Below, piece by piece: positions 61,917 to 64,000 of a stretch of DNA of 64,000 bases. Position 1 is the stretch's first letter. Each line of letters begins with the position of its first letter. The notes beneath the pieces are model-generated. The model made no database searches and was not told the DNA's origin. It saw only the letters and a list, made by a program, of their open reading frames with translations. The position numbers and the translations under genes were made by a program. The DNA is from an uncultured Gemmatimonadales bacterium (lineage in GTDB: Bacteria; Gemmatimonadota; Gemmatimonadetes; Longimicrobiales; Gaopeijiaceae), in NCBI GenBank assembly GCA_963809895.1, contig CAWELD010000010.1:1056001-1120000 (forward strand), given 5' to 3'.

Positions 61917-62213
61917 ATGCTGGACTGGGATGCCATCGCGCCAATGGTCGTGGCCATCGTCCTCTTCATCACCGTTGGTGGGGTGCTGGTGCTGAGGCCC
62001 ATCGCCAAGCACCTCGGAACCCTCCTGGAAGCCATGACGCGTGAGAAGCTCCAGGGAAGTGATCGACAGGAGATGATGCACGTGCGGGAGCTCCTGGAGA
62101 CCATGAACCAGCGGCTTCAGCTCATGGAAGAGCGCCAGGAATTCACCGATCGGCTCCTGGAGGAGCGGGGTACGCCTCGCCTTTCCGGACGGTCGCCGAC
62201 CTCGGAGACCTGA
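61917..62213 (+). CDS. Small membrane-anchored coiled-coil protein
   Basis: TM..LRPIAK..MEERQEFTDRLL. Confidence 0.7.
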   Translation: MLDWDAIAPMVVAIVLFITVGGVLVLRPIAKHLGTLLEAMTREKLQGSDRQEMMHVRELLETMNQRLQLMEERQEFTDRLLEERGTPRLSGRSPTSET

Positions 62214-62283
62214 GTCACGAGCGCTGCCCGGCCTCGTCGGAGGGCCCGCAACGGCGACGATCCTCGCACCGGAAACGAAGCCG

Positions 62284-62330
62284 GAAACGAAGAAGGGCGC
62301 CCCCGGCCGAAGCCGGGCGGCGCCCTCTTC
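62284..62330 (-). terminator. Intrinsic terminator
   Basis: On minus strand GAGGGCGCCGCCCGGC-TTCG-GCCGGGGGCGCCCTTCTTCGTTT. Confidence 0.65.
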
Positions 62331-62371
62331 ATCTATGTGCTCGCGAGGAGGCGTCGATCACCCCCAAGCGG

Positions 62372-62584
62372 TCAGGTGCAGTCCACTCCCGCGGGCGCGG
62401 CGACCGTCGTCGTCATCACCTGCCCCACCTCCACCACGTCCGCCGCGTCTGGCGCAGCAGCCGTGGTGCCACCGGCCGCGAGAGAGGACTCCACCCACAA
62501 GAGGACCAGCGTCACGGAAAGCACCGCGATGCCGATGAGGTCCTTTGTCAGGCTGGGTCGTCCGAATGTGATCATCGTCTCCAT
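62372..62584 (-). CDS. Small membrane hypothetical protein (70 aa)
   Basis: GGGGAGG RBS; single TM; downstream terminator; upstream ECF-like promoter. Confidence 0.55.
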   Translation of the reverse strand: METMITFGRPSLTKDLIGIAVLSVTLVLLWVESSLAAGGTTAAAPDAADVVEVGQVMTTTVAAPAGVDCT

Positions 62585-62756
62585 TTCCTCCCCTGGTGTC
62601 GGGCTCTTCCCGACCACTCGCTCCTCCCTACGAATGGGACGGGAGAAGGATTCAAAGGGTTGCGTGTTCGTGTGGAGAGACGATCGGGGGCGCGGGTTCG
62701 TGACAGGCGCCGGAGATGGTGCGCGGGGGAGGGACTCGGCCCGGACGGGGTCCGGT

Positions 62757-63002
62757 TCAGTTGCCCTCGGCCTTGGCGATGGAATCGAAGCGGCGGGCGC
62801 GCGCCGCGGCGGCGTCGGACGCTTTCAGGGCCGTTCCCACGGCACCGGCTCCCGGAATGGGCATGGTGCTGATGATGCTGTCCTTCTGGCGGCGGGTGAG
62901 GGTGTCCGCGGCGGAGGGGCCGTCCTGAGCGCCGGCACCCCCACATGCCGTGAGGCCTACGGCGAGGGCGGCGAGAGTCGGGAGGATGAGACGCCTGGGC
63001 AC
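62757..63002 (-). CDS. Small lipoprotein
   Basis: GGAG RBS, GTG; lipobox LTAC; DTLTRRQKDSIISTMPIPGAG. Confidence 0.65.
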   Translation of the reverse strand: MPRRLILPTLAALAVGLTACGGAGAQDGPSAADTLTRRQKDSIISTMPIPGAGAVGTALKASDAAAARARRFDSIAKAEGN

Positions 63003-63227
63003 GGGTGATCTCCGTCTGGATGAACGTCGAGACGATTCCACGGAGCCGATGCGACTCCTGCTTGAACGTTAACAGGCCTCGGACCCGGGGCGCGACGCTT
63101 TTCTTGTCCGGGTGTCCGGATGTGAACACCGTCGTCCCGGACCCGGTCGCTTCGGCGCCGGCTTCACGATGACGTCTTCTTTGCGCAAATCTATACGCGT
63201 CATGACGTTATGAGTGGTGATCCAACT

Positions 63228-63244
63228 CCGGCACGGCTCCTGCA
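63228..63244 (+). promoter_or_regulatory. Putative sigma54 (-24/-12) promoter
   Basis: CCGGCACGGCTCCTGCA = GG-N10-GC; AT-rich tract 63179-63213 and TGT-N10-ACA at 63113-63128 upstream. Confidence 0.55.
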
Positions 63245-63505
63245 CATCCTGAAGGCCGGATTCCGGGTTCGTCTCATGACCCTGGGTCCCGGGCCGGCGG
63301 CGGCCGGTCCGCAGAGTGTGTGTGCGGTGGGGTGGATGGACGGCGCCTCGGGGCTTCGGCCCCGGGGCGTTCGTCGTTGGTGGTGGATTCGGCGGGCTCC
63401 AACCGCCGTCCCGACGTTCTTGCGCGGGCACGTGAGATCGGGGTAGCGTGAACATCCCCCCCGGAACTCGCGCGGCCTCGTTTCAGCAGGACATCCCGAC
63501 TCATC

Positions 63506-64000
63506 ATGTTCACGCCGGGTCACAGCTTCGGTATCGTGGCGCTCGACGGTCTCACGCTGGATGGCAGCGTGCCGCCGGAGCTGCATCTCGATCCATCGCG
63601 CTCCGCCATGCGCTCCTTTCCCGTGGAGCTCGATGAAGCGTGGCGGGCGCGCCTCGGCGACGTGCTGGCCGACAGGCTGGAGCGGGCTTCCCTGACCTTC
63701 GTGGCCACGGAGCCGGACATGGGGCCGGGGCGAGCCGCCGCGATCCGGGAGGCGGAGGCCCTCTTCCGGGTGCTTCAGCTGGTGGGCTTCGTGCGACTGG
63801 AATCGCACCCCGTGTGGGTGGGCGGCCGCACCGGCACCGAGGGACCCGTGCCGGAGGCCGTGGGCGAGCTGCGCCGACCGAGGGTGCCGCCGGGCAGCCC
63901 CACCCCGGCGTTGAGCTGGGTCGAGCTGGGATTCGCGCTCCGTCTGAGAGAGGGCCTGCGCGCGGCGGAGGAGCGGTCCCGCCACGGGCTCATGCATCGT
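63506..64000 (+). CDS. Hypothetical protein, 3' truncated by window edge
   Basis: ATG 63506, open to the end: MFTPGHSFGIVALDGL..LDEAWRARLGDVLADRLE. Confidence 0.6.
   Translation, partial: MFTPGHSFGIVALDGLTLDGSVPPELHLDPSRSAMRSFPVELDEAWRARLGDVLADRLERASLTFVATEPDMGPGRAAAIREAEALFRVLQLVGFVRLESHPVWVGGRTGTEGPVPEAVGELRRPRVPPGSPTPALSWVELGFALRLREGLRAAEERSRHGLMHR

Noticed and set aside
63506..64000. Terminal ORF as an ApeA/HEPN-like defence gene
   Set aside because: Only a vague N-terminal resemblance; truncated, and no RxxxxH motif visible

Overview
High-GC (roughly 70% by eye) bacterial chromosomal segment. The small-protein families and gene content suggest Gemmatimonadota, but this is an inference. 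The window holds about 60 genes. Main blocks: iorAB plus an ADP-forming acyl-CoA ligase; an exported peroxiredoxin with an in-frame UGA and SECIS-like hairpin, facing a ccdA-tlpA pair; a Ser/Thr kinase-TPR gene; an OmpR two-component system beside a diheme cytochrome c; two paralogous BNR/VPS10 beta-propeller genes; a GldA/F/G-like ABC locus; mscL and fpg/nei; a PadR-DinB-MOSC-ArsN2-PhzF-msrPQ-ChaN-VOC stress cluster; and a low-oxygen block (CBS, USP, two HisKA_3 kinases, a NarL regulator, the cbb3 oxidase operon ccoNOQPGHIS). Best leads: (1) the hidden periplasmic selenoprotein with its likely CcdA/TlpA electron supply; (2) two ~280-305 bp self-complementary intergenic elements whose termini co-vary; (3) a kinase paralog lacking its phosphoacceptor His, plus a repeated 19-bp operator-like motif; (4) a candidate sigma54-driven structured RNA near 63.3 kb. 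Six genes carry 1-bp indels, mostly in short homopolymers, probably assembly errors. I saw no tRNA, rRNA, CRISPR array or transposase.
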